From the human T2T-CHM13v2.0 reference genome, Homo sapiens, in NCBI RefSeq assembly GCF_009914755.1, contig NC_060928.1: a stretch of 64,000 nucleotides of DNA. The stretch is one strand, 5' to 3'. This document shows positions 45,713 to 59,359 of the stretch, one piece after another. The notes beneath the pieces were generated by a model, which saw only the letters and a program-made list of their open reading frames with translations, had not been told where the DNA came from and searched no databases. Both the position numbers and the translations under genes were made by a program. Positions within the stretch are counted from its first letter, which is position 1, and every line of letters starts with the position of its first letter.

Positions 45713-46635
45713 TAAAATCACACAAAATAAATAGCTTATGAATGACTGGATTTGGTATATCCTCTGGTGATAATGGTGCTCTCTGGCTTCCCTTCTGATT
45801 CTTCCTCATTTGCTACTGCTGCTTCCTTGTTTCCAGATGCCTTTTCTTTCTTCTCCCATTGAAACTTAAAGAGCTAGCTCAAATGCCACCTCTTCCAGGA
45901 AGCTGTCTCTAACTCTTGCTCTCTTCCTCTGGTCCGAAGGCAGAATTATTCCTCCCAGTCTCTCTTTTCTCCTAGTCTTGGTATGTGTCCTTGGTGTAAT
46001 AGAGTTGGTCTGTGTACCATGACTTACTTATCTTTGAATAGACTTGCCATATTGTCAATTTGGAGAATTTGTGAGCAATTGAAATATTACATTTCCAAAG
46101 GATCTACGTCCAACTCTTGGTGTCCACTAATAAATGCTCTTTCTTTGGATTACTTTATTTCTCTTTGTAGCTCTGTTTCCTATTTTGTAGTCTCCCATTT
46201 CCATCTTCCTTCTTACACTTCCATCTAGTTGACTACTGACACCACTGAACCAAAATTTTCATCTTTCCTCTTAAATGTGTTCAACTTCTGAGCTCTTCTT
46301 TCACTCTTTGACTTGCTTGGCCCCTAGATTTGATCACTCACACATCCTGAAAATTATTCCTCCTGAATAATTCTGAAATCCATTCCCAGAGTCTCCATTC
46401 TTACTGGAATTGCAGGCAGAAGAAATTGCATGAGCCACAAAGGAAAGAAAGACACCTAGGTGTGTTAGGGGAGCGGAGTCATGGTAGAGTTAGGGAAAGG
46501 ACATGAAAATCATTACTGCCATGTGATTCTGAATTCTGTTTTCCCTAGGTTACAGTGAATGACAATTTAAGAAAATAATTGGGATGCAAATTGAGAAAGA
46601 TATGTCTCATTTAAATTTTTTTCTACCATTTACAG

Positions 46636-46839
46636 AACTTGAAGGTCTCTTCACAGACTAATTTCTTATCTCGAGCATGGTGGTTCCCCATCTTTTATTT
46701 TTTTGAGAAAAATGTACAAGGCTCAATTCCTTGCTGCTTCTCCTGGCCGCTGTCTTGGCCTCCTGGCTGCTTCAAATCATCATGCAAAAAGTATTCACGG
46801 GTTCAGAAGATTGGTGAAGACAATGAGAAATCGACCTGA
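46636..46839 (+). CDS. SGMS2: SGMS2 last coding exon (NLKVSSQ...IPCCFSWPLSWPPGCFKSSCKK...NEKST*)
   Basis: Acceptor tttacag|AAC; TGA at 46837-46839; total spliced CDS 1098 nt = 365 aa. Cys331/332/343/348 match the known SMS2 palmitoylation cluster. Confidence 0.97.
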   Translation, partial: NLKVSSQTNFLSRAWWFPIFYFFEKNVQGSIPCCFSWPLSWPPGCFKSSCKKYSRVQKIGEDNEKST

Positions 46840-49800
46840 GGAGCAAAACAAAGGCATCAGCTCTTACACCAAAAGAGTTAACGCTGTAACCAAAGGTATA
46901 GTTTTGTTTTTTATTTTAGGAGAACTGACTGGTAAATGAAGAAATGGACCAAATTTTGTGTAAACGATTAGAAAGATGAACAAAGTATTGCCCTTTGACT
47001 GGTTTTCTTCTTCATCCTGAGAAAGATACATTCTCTTGCAGCTCTTCATTCATTGGTGACAAGCCCCCACCCCGGGACTTTACTAATGAGCTTGTTAAAG
47101 AGGTGCCAAAGAACATATTCCTCCTTTCTTTATTCTTTCTCCACCAAAACCCTCTACTTCAGAATTTTTTCAGGATATTTTTCAGCCCAAGGTCAGAAGA
47201 ATGTGTTAATATTTTAAATAAAATATCTGGACATCTACAGCCACTGTGTAAATAGAACTGCCTAATGTTGAGAGTGGTTTTTAGCATTAGGTTTAGCAAG
47301 GGGGAGATCCGTGGGTTGTGCGTCAGCTTTGGGTGAATTTTGTTTCTACCCTGTCACGGGGAAAGTTCGGGTTGAGTCCAGGAGTGCACACTGCTGCTGC
47401 CACCCAATGCGCTACATATCACTTTTTTTTGTTTTGTTTTGTTTTGTTTTTAAAAGATCATTTTATCTTAAAAAGGAAAGCTGATCCAAGTAAACACGAA
47501 AGTATTTGACACACCCCACAGATTTTACATGTGTGTAAATGTTTCACTTTAAAATCTCTATGACAGATACACAGGAAACATGAGATGGTTTCTGCTAATG
47601 AGTGGCCCTTGAGTACACACTTAGATGCTGTCTGCCCTGTAAATTTGGATCTGGTGCCCCAGGGCAGTCAACTCTTCTAGCACAGGCTGAAAACACGTGT
47701 GTGTCAACTGAGGTTCACACCACTTGGGGAATGAGCCTGTTTTCTTTCCAGGTCAGGCCCTGGTGTGAGATCAATTTTAGGGCTCCTAATTGGAGCACAG
47801 AAATGTATTTGGTCAAATTTCATTGAAGGTGATTTCTTCCTTTTTCTGTTGTACTTTATGGAAAAACCAAGATGGAACCTGAAAGTTAATGTATCCTTGC
47901 TTTTAGCAAGAGACTCAGTTTCTTATAACTAGTCCTAAGGACATATGCCGCAATTGAGTAATTTTACTTTTACCCTATGAAAATAACATGGTGCTGCACT
48001 ATAATATACTCTCGGAATCAGTGTGTTAGTTACAGCTATACAGTGAAGGGGGATAACTGTTTCTAAATTTCTTTAAGGTGATGCCAAAAAATGGATTAAA
48101 AAATCTGATCAGATTTAATGTTACCAGATTTAGTGCATTATTTAATGCTATTGGATCTTTTGGATAATTCTTGGCTTAATTTCTTAGCTACTTGAAGGTT
48201 AATTTGCAAGACTTTTAAAACCTTAGAAAAGTTTTAAGGTTGCAAAGTTATCAACACTGGGGCAGAGGGTGGAGAGGCCAATGCGGGTAGAAGGAGGCAG
48301 TTATGTTTATATTGAAGGTGAAATTTTTCTTTCATTTAGAATGGAAAACATCCCCAAATGTATCATTATAAACTAGTCAGCCTTGACTACACAAAATTGA
48401 CCTTTAAGTTGCTTGAGAAAAACACAATGCAAATCGTTCAGAAGGGTCAACATCCTTTGGTGCTAAAATCTTGTGTATGTTTTCAGAATGGCTTTTTCTG
48501 TATGTTATAGAATAATCACTAAAGGAAAGGTAGTTGAATTTAAAGTCATGAAGCAAGACTCTTTAATTCAGTTATTTTAAACAAGAATTAAAACCCCAAA
48601 CATCCTTGGCAGGCTTTGAAGCACACAGAATTTTCTAGTATTTCTTATTAAATACACCAATAATAAACATATACTTAGTTTACCTGATGAGTTTAGACAT
48701 AATTCTATATAATGTTCGCTTATATTCATTTATTAACTAGCAACACTTGTGCAAGAACAAGGTATTCTGCTTGAAAACACTGATTTTTAAGTTCCTGTTG
48801 CCCGATTGTAAAGAAAATCATCTGACACAGAAGCCTGGATTTTGCTCTCCTAACACTGGTGTTTTCCTTGAGCCTCTAATTCAAATAAAACAAACTGATA
48901 CACCTTACAGCCTTATTCATCTGTGTCTGGATAACTCACTTTTCATCTATTGAATAAGAAAAAGTGTTTAAACTTAATAAAATAAAAAATTGTGCACCAA
49001 TTACTACAGATCCTTGAAACAGTAAGCCTTGGATTTTAGTCAAGTAATCCAGTTTTTTTTTAATTTAAAAAAAACCATCACCTTTTAAAGAACTTTAAAA
49101 ACACCTGTGATGCCAATGTGGACATTGCCGCTGCCATGTCTTTACACGCATGTGTCGTATAGCTCTGTCATCGAGTTGAGGAAGTCCATGGTTTGCAAAT
49201 AAGGGTGGGGGAATCAAAATTTCAAGATGGAAAAATAAAACAAATAGTAAAACCCATTTACATGTAGGAAAGAAAAGTTGAGCTTCAACCCAATGTGCCA
49301 CTTTGATATAAAACAAGTATGATATATATATAAACTGAAGATATAAAACAAGTATGATCTTGCCTTTGAAATCATAAATGTTTGGGGTACCTGTTCTTTG
49401 CCAGTTAAGATACATATCTTATTATCTTTGTTTTTTTCAAGTCTATGCTCCTGTTTGAAGCTTTTCCTGTAATTTAGGTTGTCTGTGAAATACCTATAAC
49501 ATATAATTCCTATAGAGTATGCCACATTTTTTTTCTAACTCATTTCAAATGAAATTCTCTCAGATTCTAGTTTTTGAGCTTGTCCACTAGATCTGAAAAT
49601 AAAGCATCCTTTCCTGAGTCCACTTGAACTAATTGTGAATTTGTTACTTAATTTACTGGCATCTTGGGAAACAAGTTTTGCTGTGGCAGGAAGGCTGTTT
49701 TGAGAGTGAGCGTTGAGTCTACTCTGGTTTGTGGATGACATTGCATTAGGGTTATTTCCTGTATTACCAGTGCCCCCTTGTGGCAATATACTTTATGACT

Positions 49801-51325
49801 TGGAATGCAAACACCACTTTTAAAAGCCTGTTTTCAAGTTTTTGAAAGGCATTTGTTTTCTGTTGTTTGCCAATAATCTGAAAGTATCATGTGAAAGGAA
49901 TTATTTTAAAAGCATTTTAAACCTTTCCCAAAGGTAAAATGTGCTCAGATTATAGGCACTTGTAATTCTAACCTTGTATCCATTTGATCAAAGAAAATTT
50001 GTAGAACATTTTTACCTCTCATGATCACAATCATTAGTGTCTCCCTTTATAACGACCTATGTTTTGTTTACTTTGAAACACCAAATTTGTTGTCTTGGTT
50101 TTTTTTACATGACAGAACTCATGCAGTTTCTTTTTTAGTTGAAAGTTCACATCTTGCCCCTTGAATAGTTTGAACATTTCTTTCTTAATTCTTTTTTGTT
50201 TTTGTTTTGCACTGTAAAACTGATGAAAACTTTAAGCCAATCTTAATGCACTAGCCTCTGTAGTGTAAGGAAGTGTGAGAAGGAGTTTCTTAATGAGTTT
50301 ACACGTTTAAATCAAGCATATTATAAGTTATATGCCATGTGTTGAAGGCTTTTCTATTTATATATATAAAGATTTTTAGTATTTGTTTTTAGTGTCCTTG
50401 TGTTGCAATAATTTAACTCCTTTGACTCAGTTGCTGAAAATATTTCTTCTATTAAGAAGTGCTCTTGACTTCAACACCCAAACACTGAAAATCATGTCAA
50501 TGTTACCCAAAGATAAGTTTTTATACAGATACACACCTTATAAGTTCTGATTTATTTTCTTACTCATTATGCTGTGTTCTAAATAAATCATGAATGAGAA
50601 GAGTGCTTTATTGTGAAATTATTTAAAACTGTCCTTTAAAAGAAAAAGAGGAAACGATGAACAAAAACTAATCTAATTGCCAAGTTAGAATTCATTATTT
50701 AATTTACCTCCTATGCAATGATTAATGCTGCAAAATGTATGGTTATGTTACCGTATATTCACAAAAGAAATATTATTACAAGGTTTCAGAGGTAGCCAAT
50801 TGCATTCTTTTGGAAATTTACTGTACTGTTTCAATGTGTTAAGTGCCTTGTTGTAAAGTAAAATTTTAAGTCTAGATTCATTATTTTCCTGACATATATT
50901 TTTCATTATGATATCTACTGTATGCTATTGTGATAGTTTTATGAAATGCTTACATTTTAATCAAATATGTAAATTTCAGAAGCTCTTTTTTCCTACCCAC
51001 CAGTACCTTAATCATTGGTTTATCACATTGGATTCAAATTCAGGTTCCTTTTTTGATAAAGAGGAAATTTGTTTTCCATGCTTGTGATTTTGTGTTTGTA
51101 AACATTTCAGGAGGAATTTAGGAGTGTAACTATAGTTTATACTTCTATAATGTTGTCTTACATTTACATTTTTAAGTGCCTAATTGTTAAAACTGATTTA
51201 TGTTTCTCTTCTAAAGAGGATATGTGTACTTGGTTTCTAATCTCTTTGGTTTTGCTTTTTAAAAAATGCAAGAGCCTATACTTTGTATTTACCTAATAAA
51301 CCACAGTGACATCAACAGTCTTTTC
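46840..51325 (+). other. SGMS2: SGMS2 3'UTR (~4.5 kb)
   Basis: Repeat-free AT-rich stretch after the stop codon. AATAAA at 51295-51300 is followed by T/GT-rich sequence. Several upstream AATAAA hexamers also occur. The exact end is inferred. Confidence 0.75.
51295..51300 (+). terminator. Distal polyadenylation signal AATAAA
   Basis: acctAATAAAccacag, preceded by TTTGTATTT and followed by T-rich sequence. Confidence 0.7.
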
Positions 51326-53043
51326 AAAATTAATATTACTGTTTCTTTCCATTTACAAAATGTGTCATTTTTAAAAGAGTTCTAGTTTTAGAGTACTTGT
51401 TAAAACCGCAAGAGGGATATTTTCTTCAAGCACTATTTTTAAAATAAAGTAATAACTTTCAATTAGTGGATTTAAGGTGAAAAATAATTCAGAACAATAC
51501 AAGGTCATTCATGGAGAAGAAAATAATCACACATTCCATGATTCTGATTTTCATTGTTCACAAGAGGACAAAGTCACTCATGAAAAGCAGACCCCTTTCT
51601 GTCACTAGGTCTCCTTATGCCTTCACAAGACAGAAGCCTAAGGTAATATCCTCAACTGGAGTTTGCTAGACATTGCAACAGCAAGGTGCGGTAAGTAGGT
51701 TTTGAATCTGCTGATGACAAATGCCCCTCCTCCAAGATAAATTTTGTAAAAGCAATTCATTGGGGTGAAGTGAATAGGATAAGATAATAAGGTTCAAAGA
51801 GTAAGTTACAGGAGATAGTCCAGGCTTTATCCTTAGATTATCTAGAAATGATGGAGCATAGATCAGAATAGTTTTTCTGCCACCTCCACCCAGACCTTGG
51901 ATGAAAAGCTCATCACAGTGACGTTCCCATCATCCTGTGGAAACACTGGCATGCTGATTTTGCTGGCCATATAGCTTCAAAGTCTGCCCTTATCTAGAAT
52001 GCATCGTGCAAGAAACTAACGTGAACTCTTGTTCATCGTGCAAGGGACTAACAGGAACTTTTACTAAGGGGCTAATTCATTCTGGGTTCCATTTGTTTTC
52101 TTCATACAAAAGCTCTTGAGTGTGCCTCCTACGAGAGGATAAAACTCTCTGGGCATTTTTGAAAGTACTGAGGATAGTGAAGTTTTTTAAAGTAGTACTC
52201 TGTCTCTTACTCCAATAAGGAATCAATAGGCACTTTACAACTGCAGTTAAAGTGGCATTTTCAATCACACTAATCATGGGCAAGTTTCCTAAGTAATTAA
52301 AACCACTTTAAAACAAAAAAGAATGGTGATCATTCATGCTTGGTTTGAGATCTCTACCTCACAGCTGTTGATTTTAGAATTAGAATGTAGTGGTGTGTCC
52401 AAACAAGTTTTGCCACCAGGATTAGATGCTAGTCTCACTAGAAAGTGAATTTAAATTCGCTTACTTCAACCCCCATCTCATCCCCACCACATTTAAAGAT
52501 AGAAAAGTATCTATATGATCTATATGTCTACTTAACGACAGACTCAGCTTCAAGTCTGTAAGGTTTTTTGATTGCAGGTCATTACAGTCTTGACCCTGCG
52601 TAATGCCTTCAGTCTCTCCAGATGATCATGCTATTAAGAGGTCGCCACAACTTTTGATAATATTCATCTTCCCTGATATTTTGAATCTCCTGCTGAGACA
52701 CAGGAAGACAGGAAACTAGACTATGTTCACCAACCATTTGAGTGATTCTGTGTGCCATACACTAGAGCTGCTGATACATAAAATTCCTGACATTTAAGTG
52801 GAAATGTCTGCACTATAAGACTCGCCCATAACTCCTAAGTCACATCATAAGAATTTCAATTGCATAAAATATATGCAAGTCTTAGGAAATGTTTGTAAGT
52901 TTTAGGAAATGTTGGTCAGGGCCTTCATAGCCAGCTAGATGTTTCAGAAGTGGAAGTGAATTGCTTTTCTGGATGCATTGTCACTGAATTTTACCATTCT
53001 TTTCTATTTAATATTTTAGCAAAATTGCACAATAGACATCAAA

Positions 53044-53138
53044 TTTTATCTCATCCAAAGGTTGGGAGAGGTCATATTTTATCTCATCCAAAGGTTGGGA
53101 GAGGTCATGTTTTATCTCATCCAAAGGTTGGGAGAGGT
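53044..53138. repeat. 33-bp minisatellite, ~3 copies
   Basis: ttttatctcatccaaaggttgggagaggtcat(a/g) starting at 53044, 53077 and 53110. Confidence 0.95.
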
Positions 53139-53140
53139 AA

Positions 53141-53592
53141 TGTGCCATGGGCTCTGAGCATCCATCCAGCACATTTTTTGCTGGGCATGCTGAGTGCAAG
53201 GCCCTAACTCCTGTTACCCAGGCCATTTCTCAGGATTGTATTTGCAGTAAGCAATGTTAAGTAATGAGGTAGCATATCACCCTAAATAAAGAGAAGTCTT
53301 TTTTTCTGTTTACTGTAAAGCAGTAAAAATGCGAAGCTCAGTGGTCCTCAGTTGAGGTGAAAACCCACTGCATATGTAACATCTGTCTTCACCTCTCCAA
53401 GTCATCCCCATGGGATTTGAGAGACAAGGGAGCCAAAGGGACCATGCTGACACTTTGGATACTGCTATGCTATGTGTAGTGAAGTCCTTTGTCTCTGACT
53501 CAGGAGTCTTGTGTCTTCTAGCATCCAATGAAACAGGAACAGGCTAACTTGTGGGCTTGTAAGTAAAGTCATAGATGCTTCACGAATTGACA
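53141..53592 (+). mobile_element. Old solo LTR (ERVL, LTR41-like)
   Basis: TG...TGACA termini, motif gtctctgactcaggagtcttgtgtcttc...aggctaacttg, 5-bp TSD ggtaa/tgtaa. Confidence 0.7.
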
Positions 53593-53646
53593 TGTAAATT
53601 TTATTTTCTTCTAATAAATAAGAATATCAGAAGCATAATACTGTAT

Positions 53647-53928
53647 TAAGTTAGGATAGTAATGGATTATGTATTACTGTGTGTGTATATAGATATATGT
53701 ATATAATGCACATTTAATCCATATGTGGCACCCGTAATCAAACATAGCATTTTACAGTTAACGCTTGGCATACATTTTTTAATCTAAGTTAGGATAGTAA
53801 TGGATTATGTATTACTATGTGTATGTATATAGATATATATATATATAAAATGCACATTTAATCCATATGTGGCACCTGTAATCAAACATAGCATTTTACA
53901 GTTAACGCTTGGCATACATTCTTTAATC
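53647..53928. repeat. Tandem duplication of ~140 bp (53647-53784, 53785-53928)
   Basis: Two near-identical copies taagttaggatagtaatgg...ggcatacatt(t/c)tttaatc, differing mainly in the internal (TA)n tract. Confidence 0.95.
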
Positions 53929-54556
53929 TTCACAAAACCCTGTGAAGTAAGCAAGGCAAGAGAAGGTGACCCCATTTTATGACATGAAAGGGTTCATAAA
54001 TGTTAGAGCTAGAACTTGAGTTTTGTTTTTGTGGGCTGTAGCTTGCTGCCTCCCTGTCGTAATTACTATGGTCACCATCACAGTTAGGGTTTTGTTAGGA
54101 AATTAGTTTCAGAAGCAAACTGTCCTTGGGACAGGTTCTTTGTCACATGCTACAGATTTTTCTTAAAATTACAATTTACTAATTTCAAAGGGGAGAAAAG
54201 TTGGCTCCTAGTGCAAAATGGCCTTGAAGGCAAAAGAACTCCTCAAGAATCCTCGAGTGTCTGAACCCACAAGTTTGTTAGAATAAAGCAAACTCACTGT
54301 CAATGAGTTTTAATGTCATATGTCTCAGATTATGTTTCCAAAGCCCCCACTCTGCCTGCCTTTCCCACATTGTGCACACTAATCAGATACATGAATTGTT
54401 TAGCCGTAATCTCTCCAGAAACTTCCAGAAAAGTGAATGATGAATTGCTAGTGTGGAAATGTCTTTTTTCTAATAAAAAGAGAAGATTTCATTCACTAAT
54501 CTATGGCACCCTTGACCATGGGATTAAGAGTGATCCTGTTATCCCAGTCCCAAGTA

Positions 54557-54636
54557 TTAAGTTGGTGCAAAAGTAATTGCGGTTTTTGCCATTGCTTTTA
54601 ATTTCAAAAAACACGATTACTTTTGCACCAATCTAA
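54557..54636. mobile_element. MADE1 (Hsmar1-derived MITE), 80 bp
   Basis: ttaagttggtgcaaaagtaattgcgg...gattacttttgcaccaatctaa terminal inverted repeats with a TA duplication on both sides. Confidence 0.95.
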
Positions 54637-55567
54637 TAACTCCAGCTGATCCAGCACAGTGACACAATATGTTTAGTACCATCCTGTACCACCAACAAAA
54701 TTACTGTATTTCACCAGTAACTAGTGAGTTGATTTTTTAATAACCTGCCTATATATTGGAGAGAATATCAGAGTTTGGGCAGTTCTCAGAGGATTTTGAG
54801 ATTAAATTATATCAGAATTCAGTTCAAAAACAAATAATTGTTCAATATTGTTTTGTATAGCAGCCTTTACAAAAGAAGTGGTGACAAGTCTTCTCCTGGA
54901 GCTATATAAAATGAAATTGCCCAAACTGAAAAAAATTGCAAATATGTGGGAATTAACCAACACACTTAACTGGTGGAGCAAAGAAGAAATTGCAAGGGAA
55001 ATTTGATAATACCTTGAGACAAATAACAAAAATGCAGCATACCAAAACTATGGGATGCAGCAAAACCAGCACTGAATGAAATGTATACCTACAAATGCAT
55101 ATGTTTTAGAAAAGAATAATGTAACTTTAGATCTTAAGGTACTTGAAAAAGAAGACGAAATAAAATTCAAAGTTAGCAGGAGGAAGGAAATAATAAAGAC
55201 TAAAACAGAGATAAATAGAGAATAGAAAAATAATAGAAAAATCAATGAAATGAAAAGTTGGTTCTTTGAAAAGAGCAGCAGACTTGACAAACCTTTAGCT
55301 AGATTGCCTAAGAAAAGAAGGCTCAAATTACTAAAATCAGAAATGAAAGTGGAGATATTACCACTGATTATACAGAAATAGGATTATAAGAGTACAATGA
55401 ACAAATGTACAAAAAACCTACCAGTACCGAATCATGAAGCAATAGAAAATCTAAACAGACCTCTAATTAGCAGGGAGGTAGAATGAGTAATCAGAAACTT
55501 TTCAACAAAGAAAACCCTGAACTGTGGCTTTGTTGGTGAATTCTACTATGCATTTAAGGAAAAAAGT

Positions 55568-55865
55568 AGCCAGACGTGGTGGCTCACGCCTTTAATCCCA
55601 GCTCTTTGGGAGGTTAAGGTGGATGGATCACTTGAGCCCAGGAGTTTGAAACTAGCCTGGGCAACATTAACAAAACCCCATCTTTATCAAACAAACAAAC
55701 AAAATAGCTGGGCATGGTGACACATGCCTGTGGTCCCAGATACTTGGGCACAAAATAGGAGGACTGCTTGAGCCTGGAAGGTTAAGGCTGCAATGAGCTG
55801 TGATCACACCAATGCACTCCAGCCTGGGCAAAAGAGCGAGATCCTTTCTCAAAAAAGAAATAAAG
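55568..55865 (+). mobile_element. Alu (AluJ-like) nested in L1
   Basis: Diverged dimer with gagcccaggagtttga. Confidence 0.9.
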
Positions 55866-57284
55866 AATTAACATCAATACTTCTTAGACTTTTCCAGAAA
55901 GAAGAAAGAACACTTCCTAATTCAGCCTGTGAAGCCAGTTATCACCAATACCAAAGCCAGACAAAAACACTACAAAAAAAAACAAAACTTAAGACTAATA
56001 TACCTTATAAACATTGGCACAAAAATCTTCAACAAACTACTAGCCAACTGAATTCAGCAGCATATTAAAAGGGATATATAACAAGACCAAAAGAGATTTA
56101 TTCCTGAAATGCAAGGATGGTTTAACATGAAAATCAATCAACATAATACATTAACAGAATGAAGAGTGAAAAGTACATGATCATTTCAATTGATGCAGAA
56201 AAAGCATTTTACAAAATTCAACATTCTTGCATGATAAAACTAAACATACTAGGAATAAAAAGAAGTTGCTTCAACATAAGGAAGTTATCATGAAAAAGCC
56301 AGCTAACCTTATGTTCAGTGGTGACTGAAAGCTTTTCCTCTAAAAGGGAAATGTCAAGAATGATCAGGAACAAGTGAAGAATGCCCAGTTCTCCACCTCC
56401 ATTCAACATAGTATTGGAAGTTCTTGCCAGAGCAATTAAGCAAGAAAAAGAAATAAGAGGAATTGAAATTGGAAAGGAAGAAGTAAAATTAACTATTTGC
56501 ATATGACATGATCTTATATGTTAAAAATTCAACAGAAAAACTTTAGATTTCAAATCATGAGTCTGAATGAAAAGTTAAAAATTAAAAAGTTAAAAATGAA
56601 AAATTTTAAATTGTTATATCTAATGAATGAATTCAGCAAATTTGCAGACAAAAACACACAATCGTTTGTATGCACTAACAATGAACAATCTGAAAAGGAA
56701 ATTAAGAAAATAATATCAATTATAATAACATCAACAGAATAAAGTACTTTGGAATCAATTTAACCAAGGAGGCAAAAGACTTGTGTGCTGAAACTACAAA
56801 ACATTGCTGAAAGAAATTAAAGATCCAAATAGATGGGAAGACATCCCATGTTCATGGATTAGAATACTTGATATTGTAAAGATGACAATATTACCCAAAG
56901 CAATCTACAGATTCAATGCAATCTCTATGAAAATATCAATGGTGTTTTCTACAGATATAGAACAACCTGTCCAAAAATTCATATGGAATCTGAAGGGAGT
57001 AAAATAGTAGCCAAATTGTTTGTCAGTATGCCCAAATTTTTCAGAATAGCAAAAACTACTGAAAAAGGAATGGTTGGAGAACTCATATTTCCTGATTTCA
57101 AAACTTACTCCAAATGTACAGTAGTGAAAACAGTGTGGTACTGGCACAAAGATAGACATACAGACTAATGGGATAGAATAGAGACCCCCGAAGTAAACTC
57201 TCACATATATGGTCAGTTGATTTTCAATAAAGGTACTAAGACCATTAGATGGAGAAAGGATTGGGGTGGGGCAGGTGGGATTGC

Positions 57285-57598
57285 TGTTTTTGTTGTTATT
57301 GTTTTTGTTTGTTTGTTTTGAGACACAATCTCACTCTGTCACCCAGGCTGGAGGGCAGTGGCACAATCTCAGCTCACAGCTACCTCCGCCTCCTGGGTTC
57401 AGGCAATTCTAGTGCCTCAGCCTCCCAAGTAGCTGGGACTACAGGTGCGTGCCACCACACCCAGCTAATTTTTGTATTTTTAGTAGAGAGAAGATTTCGC
57501 TATGTTGGCCAGGCTGGTCTTACTCCTGGCCTCAAGTGATCCACCTGCCTTGGCCTCCCAAAGTGCTGGGATAACAGGTGTGAGCCACCATGCCTGGG
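57285..57598 (-). mobile_element. Alu nested in L1
   Basis: Antisense dimer with (TTTG)n tail. Confidence 0.93.
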
Positions 57599-57950
57599 CA
57601 GCATAGTGTTTTTAACAAACAGTTCTGTGAAAATTGGAAATCTACATACAAAAGAATGAAGTTAGATTCTTACCTTATACCCCATACAAAAATTAATGCA
57701 AAAAATGGATCAAAGACCTAAATTTAAGAGCCAAAACTATGAAACTCTTAGAAGAAGCAGATGAAGCTCTTTATGACCTTGGACTGGGTAATGACTTATT
57801 AAGTATGACATCAGAAGAATAAGCAATAAAAAACAGATAAACTGAACTTAATCAAAATTAACTTTTTTGCATCAAATTACAGTATGAAGGGAGCAAAAAG
57901 ACAATCCACAGAATGACAGAAAATAGCTGCAAATCCTATATCTGATAAAG

Positions 57951-58299
57951 CAGTTGTCTCCAACCTTTTGACACTAGGGACTAGTTGCGTGAAAGACAAT
58001 TTTTCCACGGACCAGCAGGGAGGAGGGAGATGATTTCGGGACGAAAGTGTTCCAGCTCAGATCATCAGGTAGTAGTTAGATTGTCATAAGAAGCATGCAA
58101 CCTAGATCCTTCGCATGCACAGTTCACAACAGGGTTAGCGCTCCTATGAGAATCTAATACCACCACTCATCTGAAAGGAGGTGGAGCTCAGGTGGTCATG
58201 CATGCTCACAGGCCTTCTACTCACCTCTTACTATGCAGCCCAGCTCCTAACATGCCATGGACTGGTACCAGTCTGCAGCCTGGGGGATGGGGACCCCTA
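57951..58299. mobile_element. MER1 (MER1B-like, hAT-Charlie) nested in L1
   Basis: Degenerate TIRs cagttgtctccaacc...ggggacccct; exact 8-bp TSD tgataaag at 57943-57950 and 58300-58307. Confidence 0.9.
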
Positions 58300-59359
58300 T
58301 GATAAAGGATTCATATTCAGAATATCTAAAATGATCCTACAACTCAGCAACAACCAAACAACCTAATTCAAAAATGGGCAAAGGATTTGAATAGACATTT
58401 CTCCAAAGAATATATATAAATGTCCAGAAAGCATATGAGAAGATGCTCAGCATCATTAGTCATTAGAAAAATACAAGTCCAAAACCACAATGAGATACAC
58501 GTTACTACCATTAGGATGGCTGTTAAGGAAAAGACAAACACAAAATGACAAGTGTTGGTGAGGATATAAACAAATTGCATTCTTCATTTACAGAACCCAT
58601 TAAAAAATAATAAAAGAAATTGCAACCCTTATTGTTGCTGGTGGGAATGTAAAATAGTGCAGCTTCTGTAGAGAACAGCATGTTGGGTCCCCAAAAGAAT
58701 TACCATATGATCCAGCAATTTTACTCCTCTGTATTTAGCCAAATAAATTGAAATCAAGGACTCAAACAGCTATTTGCACACCAGTGTTCATAGTATTATT
58801 CACAGTAGCCCAAAGGTGGAAACAATCTATGTGTCTATCAACAGATGAAAGGATAAACAATGTGATATATACAACAATGGAGTATTATTCAGCTATTAAA
58901 AGGAATGGAATTCTGACACATGCTACAAACATGAGTAAACCTTGAAAATGTTATTCTAAGTTAAATAAGCCAGATACAAAAGGACAAATATCATATGATT
59001 CACCTTAAATAAGGTACCTAGAATAGGCAAATTCATAAAGACAAACGGAATAGAGCTTATGACTAAAGGAAAGGGAGAATGACAAGTTGTTGCTTATTAG
59101 GTACAGAGTTTCTATTTGGAATAATGAAACACTTCTGGAAATAGCAGTGATAGTTACACAACACTGTGAATGTACTTAATGCCACTGAACTGTACACTTA
59201 AAAATGGCTAACATGGTAAATGTTATACATATTTTTACCACAATAAAAAAACCCCAAAAAACTCCTGACATTTCAGCATATTTTTAATTGAAAGAAACCG
59301 AAAATAACTTAGATATTTACTAATAGAGGATTTGAGTAATACATTGTGACATACTTAAA

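Larger units (their letters stand above)
54925..59252 (+). mobile_element. L1M (L1MB-like) decayed ORF2 and 3'UTR, interrupted by two Alus and a MER1
   Basis: Frameshifted ORF2 peptides ([20 protein letters not shown]; [13 protein letters not shown]; MEYYSAIKRN); 3' end gccactgaactgtacacttaaaaatgg...caataaaaaa. Confidence 0.92.

Noticed and set aside
46837-46945. Stop-codon readthrough or an overlapping ORF (46703-46939) at the SGMS2 3' end
   Set aside because: The stop context TGA-GGAG is not the TGA-CTAG readthrough motif. The overlapping ORF has a non-ATG start and no supporting features.
49304-49358. Short duplication gatataaaa(a)caagtatgat in the 3'UTR
   Set aside because: Low-complexity AT-rich slippage product with no evident function.
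53044-53138. 33-bp repeats as a CRISPR-like array or a repeat protein (ORF 52950-53207, HILSHPKVGRG x3)
   Set aside because: Copies are head-to-tail without spacers in a mammalian context. The peptide repeat only reflects the unit length being a multiple of 3.
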